Notes: generated by a model from the sequence alone, not told the origin. 63,765 nt of DNA, filler included, from Saprolegnia diclina VS20 (GCF_000281045.1; 5 parts of 2 records of this genome joined end to end with filler, not necessarily neighbours in it), one strand, 5' to 3'. Positions 51,791 through 63,765 are shown, numbered from the whole stretch's first letter. Numbers and translations: made by a program.

Positions 51791-54700
51791 TTAGTTTTGG
51801 GTGCGCGCAAAGATCGAGCCGCGACGGAGCGCCGTGATGACTTCTTCGCGGTCGGCCGCCGGCAGCTCCGAGATGAGGTGGAGGATGCCGACGACGGCGG
51901 CGTTGGGGTCCTGGAGACCGAGGCGCGTGACCTCGCGCGCAATGCGTTCTTGGTGGAGCGTCTCGACCTTCTTGTGGATCCAGTCCGTGTCGCGGACGAG
52001 CCAGGACGCGACGACCTTGTCGTCCGACCACGACGCCCCACTGTTCTGGGCTTCAAACCACGCTTGGATCGTCGCTTCGGTCGCGCCAAAGCTGCTGCTG
52101 ACCATCTCGGCGCTCGACGCGGCCTGGATCAGGCGGCGCACGCGGAACTCGGCGAGGCGGCGATTGAGGCGGTTGTAGAAGTACACGCGGGCAGTCTCCC
52201 ACGCGACCACGTCGCGGATGACCTCCTTGGCCTTCATGCGACCCGGCGTGTCGTGGAGGTCGCCAAAGTGCGTTGCGATCTGCGTCAGAATCGGCAGCAA
52301 CTTGGCTTCGCGGAGGCGAATGTCGCGGAGGAGGTCCGGACGCGCGCTCTCATCGGCGGCCGCGAGCGCCGCGTCAAGGCGCAGCAAGGTCGCGTCGACG
52401 CGGTGGGCAGTCGCGAGAAGCGCCGGCTTGCGGTACTTGATTTCGATCAAACCCGCGGGCTCAAGGACGCCACCGCGGCCTTGCGGGTCGGCGTACATCT
52501 CCATGACGTCGGCGTTGATCGTCGGGTCGACAACGACCCACGCGCCACCGCGGAGCTCGGCGAACGGCGGGATGTACACAAACACCGGCTGCTTGTAGTG
52601 GACGAGCCCGTCGACGATCTCGGCGCCAAACTTGAGCACTTCGTCAAACATGTCGCGCTGGCCGCCCGAGAAGCCGCGCCAATTCGCCAAAATGAAGAGC
52701 GGGAGGTCTTCGCCGTTGAAGTCGCGGATCGCGGTCGCCGTCTTGTGCGCCGAGTCGGGGAACCAGACTTGGCCGGCCTGCTGGACCGTCGCCTCTTGCG
52801 TCGTCGGCGCGGCCGGGTCGGCCGGCGTCACCTTCTCCACCGTGCGGACTTCGGTGACCACGACACCGACGGGAATACCACCGAGGCGGCCGCGACCGAC
52901 AACGACCGTCTTGGCCCACGCCGCAAGCGTCTCGACAAACGAGCCCTTGTCGAGGAATCCAGAGACCCACGCGGCGTCCACCACCTTGCCCGTGAGCAGC
53001 TCGCGCGGGTCGTACGCCACGCGCGTCGGCGTGAACGCGATCGGGCGATCAATCACATCAATGCCCGCAATGTCGCGCACCGGGAGCGGGCCGCCGCGCA
53101 CCGAGGGCACAAAGCTGAGCCAGTTGAGGATCGAAGCGATGCCGTGGATGTGGTTGGCGCTCGTGAGGTGCGTCACGCCGTTGTTGTGCATGATCTTGAC
53201 GCCGCCGAGCTGGTCGTTGGACGTGTACACGTCCTTGCCCATGAGCTTGTTGAGCGCTTGGAAACCCGTGAGGATGATGGGCGCACTCGAGACGTTCTGC
53301 ACCGTGCGCTGGCCGAGACGCACGAGGTACGCGCCAATGCCGACGCTGCGACCGCACACGTACGTGAGCGTGAAGATGTCTTCGTACGCGCGCGACGACT
53401 CGCCGGCGATGCAGCCCGAGCCCTTGAGGTTCTCGACACCGAGGTCCTTCTCCTCACCGATAATGTCGGTGAGGACATACCGGACTTGGCCGTCCGGCAG
53501 CGTCTTGGCCGTCGCGTGGACCGCGTTCACGCTGCTAAAGTAGGCATAGTCCTCCGGCGTGAGGTAGAGGTACTCAAAGCCCTTGCTCGGGTCCGCCGCG
53601 TCCTTCCAGCACACTTGGTACTTGGCCTTGATCGACTCGGCCATGCCAATGCGCGCGCCCGAGTTGGCCGCAAAGTACAGCCGCGGCAAGCCGTGCGCGC
53701 GCGCGTACTTGGAGGCGAGGTCAAAGAGCTTGTCTTCGCGCGTGCCAAACGACCCGGCGTTGAACGTAATGTCGTTGGCGATCAGCACGAGCTTGCGCCC
53801 GGCGGGCACCTCGGGCGTCGCCAGCGTGAGCACCCACGCGACCATGCCAACGTCGTTGAGACCGCGCGGCCGCTGCACCAGTTCGACCGCTTCGTCGTTG
53901 CTGGTCAAGACAAACTCGTGCACGTCGAGGAGGCGGCTCGGGATCTTGGTGGGCACACGGGCCTTGGCGCGGTCGCTCGCGTACTTGCGCCACACGCGGC
54001 CGAGCGCATGTTCGATGAGCTCCAAGAAGTCGTAGGCGTAGATCGTGTCGCTCGAGCGCTTGGCGGCTTCGCGCTTGGCGTCAAACGCGTACGTGACCGG
54101 GTATGGCGTCGAGACTGGGAGCCCGTCGAGCTCGCCGACCACATCGTCGCCGATGCTCGAGAAGATGTTGACCTCCGAGCCGTTCTGCATCTCTTGCGCT
54201 TCGACGTACGCCTCGACGCGGAGCACGTAGCCGGTCGGGTTGGACGCCACAAGTCGCACAGGGATCGAGTACGCGTTGTCGTTGAACTTGGCGCCGATCT
54301 TGAGCTCGACCTGCGACACCTTGAGCTGCGCGAGGCGGTCCGCATACCGCGACGCCAAGATGCGAATGACGGCCTCGAGGTACTGCGGGTCGACGACGGC
54401 TTCCGGCGCAACGTTCATAAAGACGTGGTTGTTCTTGATCGGCAGCGACGGGTCGGCCACGTTGGCGCCCATCGCAAGCTCGAGCGCGTTCAGCGCGTCA
54501 ACGAGCGTGCGCTCCGGGCCCGGGTGCGCATCGAACGACGACGAGAGCGAGTCGTCGAGGCGCTCGAGCTGGCGCACGACCGCACGCACAAAGAAGCGCT
54601 GGAAGACGTCCTTCTTGGTGGCCTTGGCCGCCGACAGCGCGCTGCTCTTGGGCGTTGAGAGGTATAGATGCACGTTCTTGTCCTTCGAGTCGACAGTCAC

Positions 54701-55888
54701 CACGTTGTAGTTGCCGAGGCGCGGCAGCTCGAGCATGTACGCGAGCGGCGCTTCCATGTGGCGGACGATCGCGTCTTCCTCGTAGTTCATGTTTTGGCGG
54801 AACGTGTAGATGCCCGGGTAGAGATGGTACGTCGAGGTCGCATCCAGCGTCGCGTTGACCGCCGGCTTGACGGCAAACGTGATGCGGCGGACAAGGCGCG
54901 ACGCGAGCGTGTCCTTGATCTTGCGCACGGCGCGCTGGAGGGCCGCCAGCGCCTCGTCTTCCGAGTGCTCGTGCGTGAGGAGGATCACGTGGAGGACGTG
55001 GACGTAGTCGCCGCCCTTGAGCCCCGCGAGCGCATTCCGCGGCGGCACCATGCCAAGGAGCGACTCGACGTTGGCTTCAAACGCCGCGAGCGTCTCGAAC
55101 GCCGCAAGGAGACCGTGACGCTGCACCGTCGACGGAATCGAGCGGCCAATCGACTTGGAAAGCGACGAGTCCGAGTCCGAGCCGGTCGACTCGGAGCGCG
55201 TGAGCGACACGAGGTTCGTGCTCGACGAGCCCTTCTTGAGCAAGCTCGCGAGGTCGTTGTACGAGTCGGCCTTGGACATGGAGCCCTTCATCGCGAGCGC
55301 CTGGTCGGCCGGCGACTTGAACTCAAACTTGGTCGCGAGCAGCGACGGTGTGTCATGGAGCTCCATCTTGGCAATGTCGTACGACCGGTAGATGCGGCGA
55401 ATGTACAAGTTGAGCGCAACTTCGCGGACTCGCGCTTCCTTGTGGTGCAAAAGCGAGATCAGCAAGTCGAAGATCGGCTGCGGCTGGTCGAGGAGCGACA
55501 CGAACGCCGGCGTCTCGTGGTCGGGCGTCGGCGCGGCCACAATCGCCTTGAGCAGCGTCTCCATCTCGAGCAGCCGGTCCGAATACGACGGCATCTTGCG
55601 GTCGACGAGGATCCGGCGCGCTTCCAACGCCACGAGCGAGTAGTGGCGGCCGCGGAAGTTGGCGATCGCCTCCAGCATGGGCACATACGACGCATGCGAG
55701 TCCTTGGCGCCTTCGTGAATGTGCTGCAGAATGTCGAGGAGGCAGCGCGACCGGCGGTCGATCGCGAGGTGCGCGCGGGCAATGCCAAACACGGACCCGA
55801 GGTTGTCCATGTGCGCCTTGCGGAGCGCCATGACAATGTCTTCCATGTTGCCGGCGCTCGCGTACGCCGACTCGACCGTAAAGTACTT
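51791..55888 (-). CDS. ACC1: Multidomain acetyl-CoA carboxylase, central and carboxyltransferase domains (5' part cut off at contig end)
   Basis: ANDITFNAGSFG, ANSGARIG, GIGAYLVRLGQR, GQVWFPDSA, ANWRGFSGGQRDM, ELRGGAWVVVDPTIN, DLHDTPGRM. Confidence 0.96.
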   Translation of the reverse strand, partial: KYFTVESAYASAGNMEDIVMALRKAHMDNLGSVFGIARAHLAIDRRSRCLLDILQHIHEGAKDSHASYVPMLEAIANFRGRHYSLVALEARRILVDRKMPSYSDRLLEMETLLKAIVAAPTPDHETPAFVSLLDQPQPIFDLLISLLHHKEARVREVALNLYIRRIYRSYDIAKMELHDTPSLLATKFEFKSPADQALAMKGSMSKADSYNDLASLLKKGSSSTNLVSLTRSESTGSDSDSSLSKSIGRSIPSTVQRHGLLAAFETLAAFEANVESLLGMVPPRNALAGLKGGDYVHVLHVILLTHEHSEDEALAALQRAVRKIKDTLASRLVRRITFAVKPAVNATLDATSTYHLYPGIYTFRQNMNYEEDAIVRHMEAPLAYMLELPRLGNYNVVTVDSKDKNVHLYLSTPKSSALSAAKATKKDVFQRFFVRAVVRQLERLDDSLSSSFDAHPGPERTLVDALNALELAMGANVADPSLPIKNNHVFMNVAPEAVVDPQYLEAVIRILASRYADRLAQLKVSQVELKIGAKFNDNAYSIPVRLVASNPTGYVLRVEAYVEAQEMQNGSEVNIFSSIGDDVVGELDGLPVSTPYPVTYAFDAKREAAKRSSDTIYAYDFLELIEHALGRVWRKYASDRAKARVPTKIPSRLLDVHEFVLTSNDEAVELVQRPRGLNDVGMVAWVLTLATPEVPAGRKLVLIANDITFNAGSFGTREDKLFDLASKYARAHGLPRLYFAANSGARIGMAESIKAKYQVCWKDAADPSKGFEYLYLTPEDYAYFSSVNAVHATAKTLPDGQVRYVLTDIIGEEKDLGVENLKGSGCIAGESSRAYEDIFTLTYVCGRSVGIGAYLVRLGQRTVQNVSSAPIILTGFQALNKLMGKDVYTSNDQLGGVKIMHNNGVTHLTSANHIHGIASILNWLSFVPSVRGGPLPVRDIAGIDVIDRPIAFTPTRVAYDPRELLTGKVVDAAWVSGFLDKGSFVETLAAWAKTVVVGRGRLGGIPVGVVVTEVRTVEKVTPADPAAPTTQEATVQQAGQVWFPDSAHKTATAIRDFNGEDLPLFILANWRGFSGGQRDMFDEVLKFGAEIVDGLVHYKQPVFVYIPPFAELRGGAWVVVDPTINADVMEMYADPQGRGGVLEPAGLIEIKYRKPALLATAHRVDATLLRLDAALAAADESARPDLLRDIRLREAKLLPILTQIATHFGDLHDTPGRMKAKEVIRDVVAWETARVYFYNRLNRRLAEFRVRRLIQAASSAEMVSSSFGATEATIQAWFEAQNSGASWSDDKVVASWLVRDTDWIHKKVETLHQERIAREVTRLGLQDPNAAVVGILHLISELPAADREEVITALRRGSIFARTQN

Positions 55889-56573
55889 NNNNNNNNNNNN
55901 NNNNNNNNNNNNNNNNNNNNNNNNNNNNNNNNTTAATTAATTAANNNNNNNNNNNNNNNNNNNNNNNNNNNNNNNNNNNNNNNNNNNNACCACCATGTGC
56001 AAATGTGGGCGTGCACCTCCCCCAACGCCAACCAGCAGTGGATGGTCGCGCCGTACCGCGCCGAACAGCCCATCGAAGCTCTCCGCAAGGGAAACAACAC
56101 CCGTTCTTAACTATTGTAGTCGGAATACGACCACTTGGATCAACCACAAATACACATGTTTTCTGGTCCATAGAATATCGATAAACTAAACCATTAGCAT
56201 GTCGGTACTCGAGTCCTGTGCACGTAACCAAGTCTCTCTGAAGCAGTTGTACTAGACTAGACTAGGCAATATAAAGAGGCGGCCGCAAAGACCACGCGCG
56301 TTTGGACATCTCGTCATCTGCGTTTCAACAATTGCACGCGTGTATCATGGTCTCGAGCAAGATGCAAATCGCATTCGGTGCGTCTTTTTATGGCAATCTG
56401 TCGGTGCACATATACGCTGGGTAGAATCGTTATACTGGATTCAAACGGTTTCAGCGTCCTCTGGCGGTTTCTTATGTCAACACGAGGGTAGGGTCCCCAA
56501 TATTCCCACGACGCACGGTGTCATTTTAATTAAAAACGGCAAACTATGACAAAACAAACAGCGTCGTGGGACT

Positions 56574-57294
56574 TTAGAGGGCATGGAACATGTCGTAGGT
56601 GTGCGGCGACGACGCTTCGTTCGAGAGCTTGGTGCGCTTCTTGATCTTGGCCAGCTGCCGCTTCTCCTCCCGCTCTTGCTCCACGCGGCGGCGGAGCGCA
56701 TCGACTTGGGCGCGGCGCTGAGCAGCTTCTTCGCGTCGCTTGGTCTCGGCAGCCCAGCGCATCGCTAGCGCGATCTCATATTCGCGCACGCGCGCCTCCT
56801 TTTTCATTTCTCGTTTTTGCCGATCGACGTCTTCGGTCTTTGTGAGTTTCTTGAGCTTCTTGGCCACTACATCGAAGTCGCATAAGACAATATTCTCCAA
56901 CAAAAACGTGTCGATACGTACAATGGTTGTGCTGGGGGTCGTGCAAAAGGTCGTTGTGGTGGTGGTGGTGCGGCAGGAAAAAGGCATTTCCGAGGTGATT
57001 GTGCGGCTGAAACGAGAGCATGTCGGACGGCGACGAGACGAGGTGTGGCGACCGCAGTAGCGAGTCCTGCATCGCCGAGACGGGCAGCGGTGCAAACATA
57101 TTCGATGACGACGACGGCTTCTTGCGCTTGGTCGACCGCTCCTCCTGCTGCTTGATGCGGGCCTCGACAGCGGCGCGCCGGCGCTCTTCGAAGACAGCCC
57201 GCCGCGCGGCCGCCGCTTGCTCTCGAAAGTTGGGCATCGCATTCGAGGCTTGGGTGGGTCGACTCAACCTAGTGGTTTGCAACATAGTATCCAT
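56574..57294 (-). CDS. Hypothetical charged coiled-coil protein (one intron)
   Basis: Two E/R/K-rich helical ORF segments joinable across an AT-richer ~50-nt intron near 56870-56920. Confidence 0.55.
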
Positions 57295-57999
57295 CGTGTT
57301 GGTAGCGAGGGGTAAGCGTACATGCGAGGTGCGGTGAAGGCGGCCCCCCGGTTGTGAAACTCAGCCGCTTGGGCGAGGTGGAGAATGTCGGGTGCTTGTC
57401 GCGTCGGCCGCGCTTGTGTGTTCATGCTTCCGACCGGGACGGTGGACCCGCGGGTCAATATTGAAATCTAATGACATAGCACAGCGCTGCGCGCCTGCAG
57501 CTCATAGACACGCAGGCGCGGGGGTGCTTGGTGCAAACGACCATTTCTCTTGCGCACGCTTGTTCGAGTTGGGTCATAAGCTTCTTGGGTTGCATTACAC
57601 ATAAAAGTCAAGCCAAGCGCAGGCGTGACGCAGCGCAAATGTGCGATCAACCACCCTCGCAAGCAGTTTTGGGCCAAAACGACGTCGCCATCTCGGTGGT
57701 TTGCCACCAAGATGGACTCGAACCCTCATTTTTATAGGACTAACAGCGCAACAAAGTAGGTATCTTGCGGTTTGGACGGCATCTAACGAGCGCACCGAGG
57801 TAGAAAGGACATCTGACGCCGTTGAAGTTCTTTGGTTGGGGTTGGAGTAGCCCGAGGAACAGTACTCGGCGTCGCGCCGACACTCGAGGCGTCGTCGCTT
57901 CGGTACCGGTAGGGCGAACGGCGAGGCCTTAAACTAGCCAATTGTATATACTCGCCGTGCGCTAAAGGATAGAGTGGCCACGACCAGCCGCGGCTACTC

Positions 58000-59520
58000 G
58001 GACGAGATGCTCGTCGCGTGCCGCCAGAAACACGCTCTCTCCAAGAAGCCACGCTGATAGCCGTCGCTCGTCGGCACAACCATCGACTTGGGCACTACCT
58101 GAAGCTAATGTCGATGTGCTCAAGCGCGCAGGCTGCACAAACAAGGCGTTCTTCCCATCTCCATACACCAAGACCATCGTGGCGCGGATGGGAGTTTGCC
58201 CTTTTGTATCCGGATGCCCTCCAGAGAGCCGGATACTTCAGAAACAAGCAAAAAACTGATCGTGTCTTTGTGCCCGCGGAAAACCGCGCCGTATGCAACA
58301 GCGTTCGCGCGACATGCTCGTCGTCAAAGGCCGCACGGACTTGCTTGCCGGTCCACTGCAGCGAGGTCCTCTGGAAGCTTATTGAAGCTACTGCAGTACT
58401 AGTACGTCGTAAGAACTGATACATAGCCGGTCGCTCGCGTCGAAACTTGAGTCGACACTGTCCTCTTCTGGGCTAGATCTAAGGACAAATGGACGCCGAT
58501 TTTGATCCAGGAGACGACGATCGGTATCCTTTGCTCACAGGTTTGACGATGGTCATCGCGATCGTCCGAGGTGTCGCATGGAGCAATTGCTGTCCAAGGC
58601 GTCGGCGCACGCGATTATGTCCCGACGCAAGCACGCTTACGCTATCGTCAAACCTTGTGTGGCACAAGGTTTAGATGATTGCCGTCGCTTGCAGTGTTGT
58701 ATCGTGCGACGACCAGCGAAAAGTCGGTTTTTTGCTGAAACAGCATCATGACGTGGCGCCGTGTGCGAGTTCCATTTTCGGCATATATCTGGTTGGTATC
58801 CGTTCCACGGTCCACACCATTGGGTTCACACTACGTAGAGGGATCGTAGGTCGTGGCAATCGGGTCTATGGCGCCGCATGTACCTTCGTGGGTACTGTCA
58901 ACGAGCACTCAACGCACTGGGTACTTGTTGGTAAGTATGAGAGCAACCAGGATGCCGAGCCCCTTCGTCAACCTGCAGCGCGTTGGGCAGAGACACATGT
59001 ATCTTTTCGCGGTTGAGCTTGAAGCCGGAGAGGCTGCAAAAGTGGTCGACGAGCGCAATTGTATTCGCCACAAACAGTTGAGGGTCGCAGGCGAAGAAGC
59101 TGATGACGTGCGTAGCCGATTGAATACGCTGATACAAGGGCCAAAAAAGTCCTATTGACCCATTGACCCTTAGATAGTCGTGGTTGCGGAGCTGGAGGCA
59201 TCTCAGCTCGCTCGCCCGCACGAGTAGAAGCGACGAGAGCGGGTCCCTTGGAACACGCCGCGCTTCATGTAAAACAGCTCGAGACAAGTGTACGGCGCAT
59301 CCCTCACTTCCCGCTGCCAAGTGCTTCCGATGCTTCCGACAGCCATTTCCTGTGTCTCGTTGAACGCCTGGCGTGTCTGCAACGACCGTGTCTTCCGCCC
59401 TGATCTGCCAAATCCGTGGTCGATCGCTGTCAAGGCCACACGCACCTGCACCATAGCCTCGTCCAGATGCCCGATCTACTTCGGCTTCTTCGGCTTCTTC
59501 AATGTCTTGCTCCATACGAG
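58000..59520 (-). pseudogene. Degenerate non-LTR (L1/Tx1-like) reverse transcriptase remnant; limits approximate
   Basis: KRGVFQG/DPLS.LL, FFACD (degenerate FADD), F..LSGFKLNREK, with frameshifts and stops. Confidence 0.65.
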
Positions 59521-59933
59521 CTTGTTCCGTGAATCCGCGCTTCTATCACTGCAAGACTCCCTCAGTGTATACAACCACAGAAGAAAGTCCGTCATCATTC
59601 GCTAGTTTAGCGTATCGATTTGAGCCAAGAACCCACGTCAACTGCAGTGCAACACAGGTTCATTGTAGACGACGATGCAACGCACGTTCTCTCGGTCGTT
59701 GGCAGCTCCAAGTTGACCACGTTCAGCTGTTTTGTACTAGGACGCTATAGCGTTGGTTTCCAGTCGGATATCGTACGGCAGACGTGAAAGAGGTGAGCTA
59801 TCACTCATATTCGATGATGACTTTATACATATTNNNNNNNNNNNNNNNNNNNNNNNNNNNNNNNNNNNNNNNNNNNNTTAATTAATTAANNNNNNNNNNN
59901 NNNNNNNNNNNNNNNNNNNNNNNNNNNNNNNNN

Positions 59934-60288
59934 AGAAGAGCGCACCCATAATGACCAAGTCCAGAATCTTCCCGACGTGCCCGAGGAGTATGATGCCCTC
60001 TGATACACTCCTGCTGGGCGCCTTCTCGGCCGCGATCGAAGTGCACACGCATTGGAGGTCGACCGCCGGGCGTCCGCACACCTGGTTGGTGCCGCAGCAA
60101 CACACTTCTTGGAGCCCGTGCTTGATGTACGCGCCGCAGTACTGGCCGGGCTGGCCGCGGTGCGCCGTGGAGCAGGTGCCGTCGCGGGCACAGAGCTCGC
60201 ACGTGTCGGCCGCCATAGGCACGTCAAGCGCCTTGGCGCTCACGAGCAGCGTCGCTAGCAGCAGCAGCAATAGTCGGCCTTGCTGCAT
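59934..60288 (-). CDS. Small secreted/membrane Cys-rich protein (3' end truncated by contig end)
   Basis: Signal peptide LLLLLLATLLVSAKA, 10-Cys domain (CELC..C..GQPGQYCG..CCC..C..CVC), hydrophobic C-terminal segment. Confidence 0.7.
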
Positions 60289-61205
60289 CTTGCTTTGTCT
60301 TGGTTTCCGGATCGGCCACGGGCTGTTGTACGGGTTGTTGTGCGGGTTGTCATGCAGCGGCTGGTTGTGACAATCTTGAAGAGCTCCAAGTTTTCAATGC
60401 TTGCTTTGTATTGCCCTTTATGCTCTACAATTATGGCGTATCGCCGTTTAATTGGGACCTTAGGAGTTACTGGCATTGCTCTATTGAGACTTTATATCAT
60501 TTGAAATCGAATACTGGGCATGCCGATCAAATATCAAGGGCGTGCTTTGGCATTCTATTGCGTCGCGGCGCACCAGGCCGCGCGGTCGGCGCAGCGCCAG
60601 CCACCCATGCCGTCGCCGCCAGAGGCGCTTCATGCTACATGGAGGCGGAATGTCCGCATCGTCCTAGCGCCGTCCGCTAGCACGCTCTCACATAGCAACA
60701 CGTAACCCATTTGCTCATTGCGCGCCGTTGCCGACTCTGCGTCGGTAACTCCGCAGCATCAGCTTGCGGCGTAGGCAACTGTGGCGTTTCCAAGCGGCGC
60801 GACGCTGAAGTTGGCACAATTGTATGACATGAATGGATTGTTTATACAATGCTACGGAGTTGGTACTTGCTGCCGCACGCCGGGCACGATTGGCAACGTC
60901 GATGAGATGCGAGTAGGAAGTGAACGGGCACCAGACGTGGACGTCGCAGCCGCCAAAGAGAAAGGCGCCGGGGTCTGGAACCGAGCCAAGGCTCAAGGAC
61001 GCATCGGGCAGCGTGTACTTCCACGATGGCCACTTGCTGCGTCGAGAGGATCTTTAGGGCGCGGACCGTACGAAGACGGCAGGGTGCCCTCTCGCTCCTT
61101 CTACGAGCGCATCCTCGACCATTCTACACATAGCACGTAAGAGATAGTGCATCGAAAGTGAGAGTAAGACGTACGACGGTATCGCGCCGGGCGCGTCTGC
61201 TTGAG

Positions 61206-61601
61206 TAGTCGCTTGCGCTTGCGGCTGCTGCACTTGCGACGCGTCGTCCCCACTAGTCGCTTGCGCTTGCGGAAGCTGCACTTGTGGCGTGTTGTCGCCT
61301 TGTCTGTGGACTATGTTCCTAGGCATGCCATTGGCGCAAGTCGAGAGATAGCTGGCGACGTACTTGTACTTGGCCGGGTTGAGCTTAGTCGCAAAGCAGT
61401 GCGAGGTTGCGGCAATCCAAGCACACGTCCTGGCCATTCGGGTAGACGAGGCGCATCCGACGCTCCTTCTTGGACGGGTGCACGGTACCGGGCGGGAGAT
61501 AGCTTCTTGGGTGCACGAGCACGGCCCATTGCGGATCGATACCTGGTGGCCTTGTGAGTGGCCTTGTGAGTGGCCTTGTGAGCGGCCTTGACGGGCCTTG
61601 T
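61206..61601. repeat. Short tandem repeats: 2 x 48 nt (61206-61290) and ~4 x 12 nt GGCCTTGTGAGT (61548-61601)
   Basis: Read directly from the sequence; they lie in an unassigned minus-strand ORF. Confidence 0.7.
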
Positions 61602-62089
61602 AAAAATCCTTCATTTTGTCCAATCAGAGCCGGCGCATCTGGCTTTTCCGGCAGCGTTGTTGCTTATCCGGCCCCGTTCTGATTGGACAAGCACACTACT
61701 GGAGCCAGTGATATGACGTAATCAAGCTACCACGATTGCGTAATCCGGGGAGAGCCCGTGGCGCTGGCGCTGGAATAAAATGATGATAAAATAGGATCCA
61801 GGATTTTTTCCCTCTCTTTTTCTATGCGGCGCGCCAGTAAATTCAACACTCCCGCACTACTGGCGAATTGCCACAATTATTGAGACTGTGTATCCTTGAA
61901 TCAAGTACGGACCTTGGCTATAGGATGGCAAAGGGTACTGCACTGCATTGTATGGCGTCGGGGTGCTCCTGGTATGGTATTGTGTGGTATGCACAAGAGT
62001 ACAGATTATGTACTCTCGGGTATGCATGGGTGCACAGAGGCGGTCTGCCTCCCCTTGAAGCCCGCAGTAGTATTGATGGTCCATCATCG

Positions 62090-62354
62090 ACTTCCGAGGA
62101 CCTTGACACACTGCATAGCTTTGCCGCCGACCGCGACGCCTGGAAAGATTTGACCGACCGTGTCGTCACGGGCCTCACCCGCGGCCACAAGCGTCGTAGG
62201 GCGACGACAGAAGAGCCAGACGAGCCCCCGCGCCGCCGCCTGCGCAGCCACGGACCGGCGAGCGAATGAAGAAGAAGGAGATTGCTAGTCTCTACGTATG
62301 CGAAGTCTTTGTGTAATTATGAAGATAACGCGACGTTCATATATATATATATAT
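62090..62354 (+). mobile_element. 5'-truncated non-LTR retrotransposon 3' end with (AT)n tail; copy 2
   Basis: FAADRDAWKDLTDRVV...HGPASE* plus a UTR matching 20227-20492; ends in (AT)n. Confidence 0.7.
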
Positions 62355-62547
62355 CATCGATCGATCAAACTTGCTATCTTGTTGGTGGATTGGTGGTACA
62401 CTGGATACAGTGTAATTAGATATTTGATGCCCTTGGCAGGGGAGAAGNNNNNNNNNNNNNNNNNNNNNNNNNNNNNNNNNNNNNNNNNNNNTTAATTAAT
62501 TAANNNNNNNNNNNNNNNNNNNNNNNNNNNNNNNNNNNNNNNNNNNN

Positions 62548-63765
62548 CGCGCGACCTCGGCGTTGCTTCCTTCGGTATCCTTGCCCGCCTTTCTGCGTCA
62601 ACCAATCAGCGGCAAGCGACGGTTGAGAAATGAACCAATCACTGCGCGGGCATCGACCAGGGCCACTCCAACTCGGCCGACCAACTCGACGTCAAGGCCG
62701 ACCACGCCAACTCGCCCTTCCTCAAGGTCTAAGACCAGGAATTGCGAACAATTGTCAAGTAGAGTGTATTAAAAATGTAGTGTTTCTTCTTTTCCAACTG
62801 GAGTTGCCTCGACATCCGAGCATGGCGTCGCTCGCCAAGAGCACACAAACAAAAGCCAAGTCTTCGGTACCTCGGTCGCGAGTGAATATTGCAGACTACA
62901 CCAGGAACGTAGACTGCGAGAATGACTGCTTGAGTACACCGCCTTCAACATCTCTCGGGGTTGGCAACCACGAGAGATGTTGCAAAAGCCGAGCCTCGTG
63001 CCAAGGGCTATCAGAGCTTATTGACGTTGAGCCTCATTCAAGGGTCAGTCCGATCTTATGGACCGCTGCTCCGCACCATCGAGATAGAATATCTACCAAT
63101 GCAGCAATTTCACCGCTGCACGGATGCTATTTAGCCTTGAAGTTGTTCGTCGAGTGAAATGTAATCCTGTGGATTGAGCCTTCAGCAAACGACAAGCAAA
63201 CACTATGGTCGCCAAAATAGCAGCAGCAGCAGCGGTCTTTGTCACCACATTACTACCGCTGTCCAAAGCAAACGAGGTCGACTCACTTTGATCCAGTCTT
63301 TCAACACCAAGCGAGTTCCCCCAGGTCACAACGATGCGCCGTCGTTTGTTGCCCCGATCGAAGCATGAGTACCTTCCAACTAAGAAGTCCACCATTGTAG
63401 GCAACTGCGCCACCACTTGCCGATCCTTGTGCTGTGGCACGCCAACACTCGCACATCTCTACTAGCGTACTAGTACTGGAATGACAAGAGATGATAATCA
63501 ATCAGAAACGTTTCGTTTTCAATACGTCTATCATACCACACGACAACTTCTATCTACTATACACATGACAATTCCTGGTCTTAGACCTTGAGGAAGGGCG
63601 AGTTGGCGTGGTCGGCCTTGACGTCGAGTTGGTCGGCCGAGTTGGAGTGGCCCTGGTCGATGCCCGCGCAGTGATTGGTTCATTTCTCAACCGTCGCTTG
63701 CCGCTGATTGGTTGACGCAGAAAGGCGGGCAAGGATACCGAAGGAAGCAACGCCGAGGTCGCTCG
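62548..63765. mobile_element. Element bounded by ~197-bp near-perfect inverted repeats (62548-62744 / 63569-63765), non-coding or decayed interior
   Basis: Arms are reverse complements with one visible mismatch near the outer end; each holds two CCAATCA boxes. Confidence 0.65.

Noticed and set aside
51746..55936. 970-aa and 422-aa + strand ORFs
   Set aside because: Antisense shadows of the GC3-rich ACC gene; the same applies to long ORFs opposite VPS45, PAP, ARP4, GPx and vWA genes
60715..61623. Minus-strand ORF pieces (VHVWCPF, CPACG) possibly from a transposase
   Set aside because: Frames disrupted and similarity too vague to name

Overview
Eukaryotic, GC-rich, gene-dense DNA with many short (~44-55 nt) GT-AG introns and oomycete-type Inr/FPR promoters. 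It is most consistent with a Saprolegniales oomycete (Saprolegnia/Achlya-like; inferred, not searched). The window joins five contigs with artificial 100-nt N-TTAATTAATTAA-N spacers (30894, 55889, 59834, 62448), so adjacency across those is not biological. It holds about 25 protein genes. Housekeeping genes: site-2 protease, MoaC, GPN1, RecQ/BLM-like helicase, purple acid phosphatase, PSTAIRE CDK, CBS-PB1, BMT5-like, ARP4, PPIL2, VPS45 and a partial ACC. It also carries decayed LINE, Ty3/gypsy, piggyBac and TIR elements. The main signal missed by the ORF track is a tandem cluster of three selenocysteine glutathione peroxidases (12.4-16.9 kb). Each has an in-frame UGA at the catalytic position and its own type-II SECIS in the 3' UTR. 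One is fused to an N-terminal PH-like domain and another has a remodelled active-site loop. Also notable: a head-to-head pair of intronless ~990-aa vWA-RING-RBR(Rcat) ligase-like genes, and a secreted Gly-rich protein with phage tail-fibre-like modules. Exon boundaries were placed by eye.
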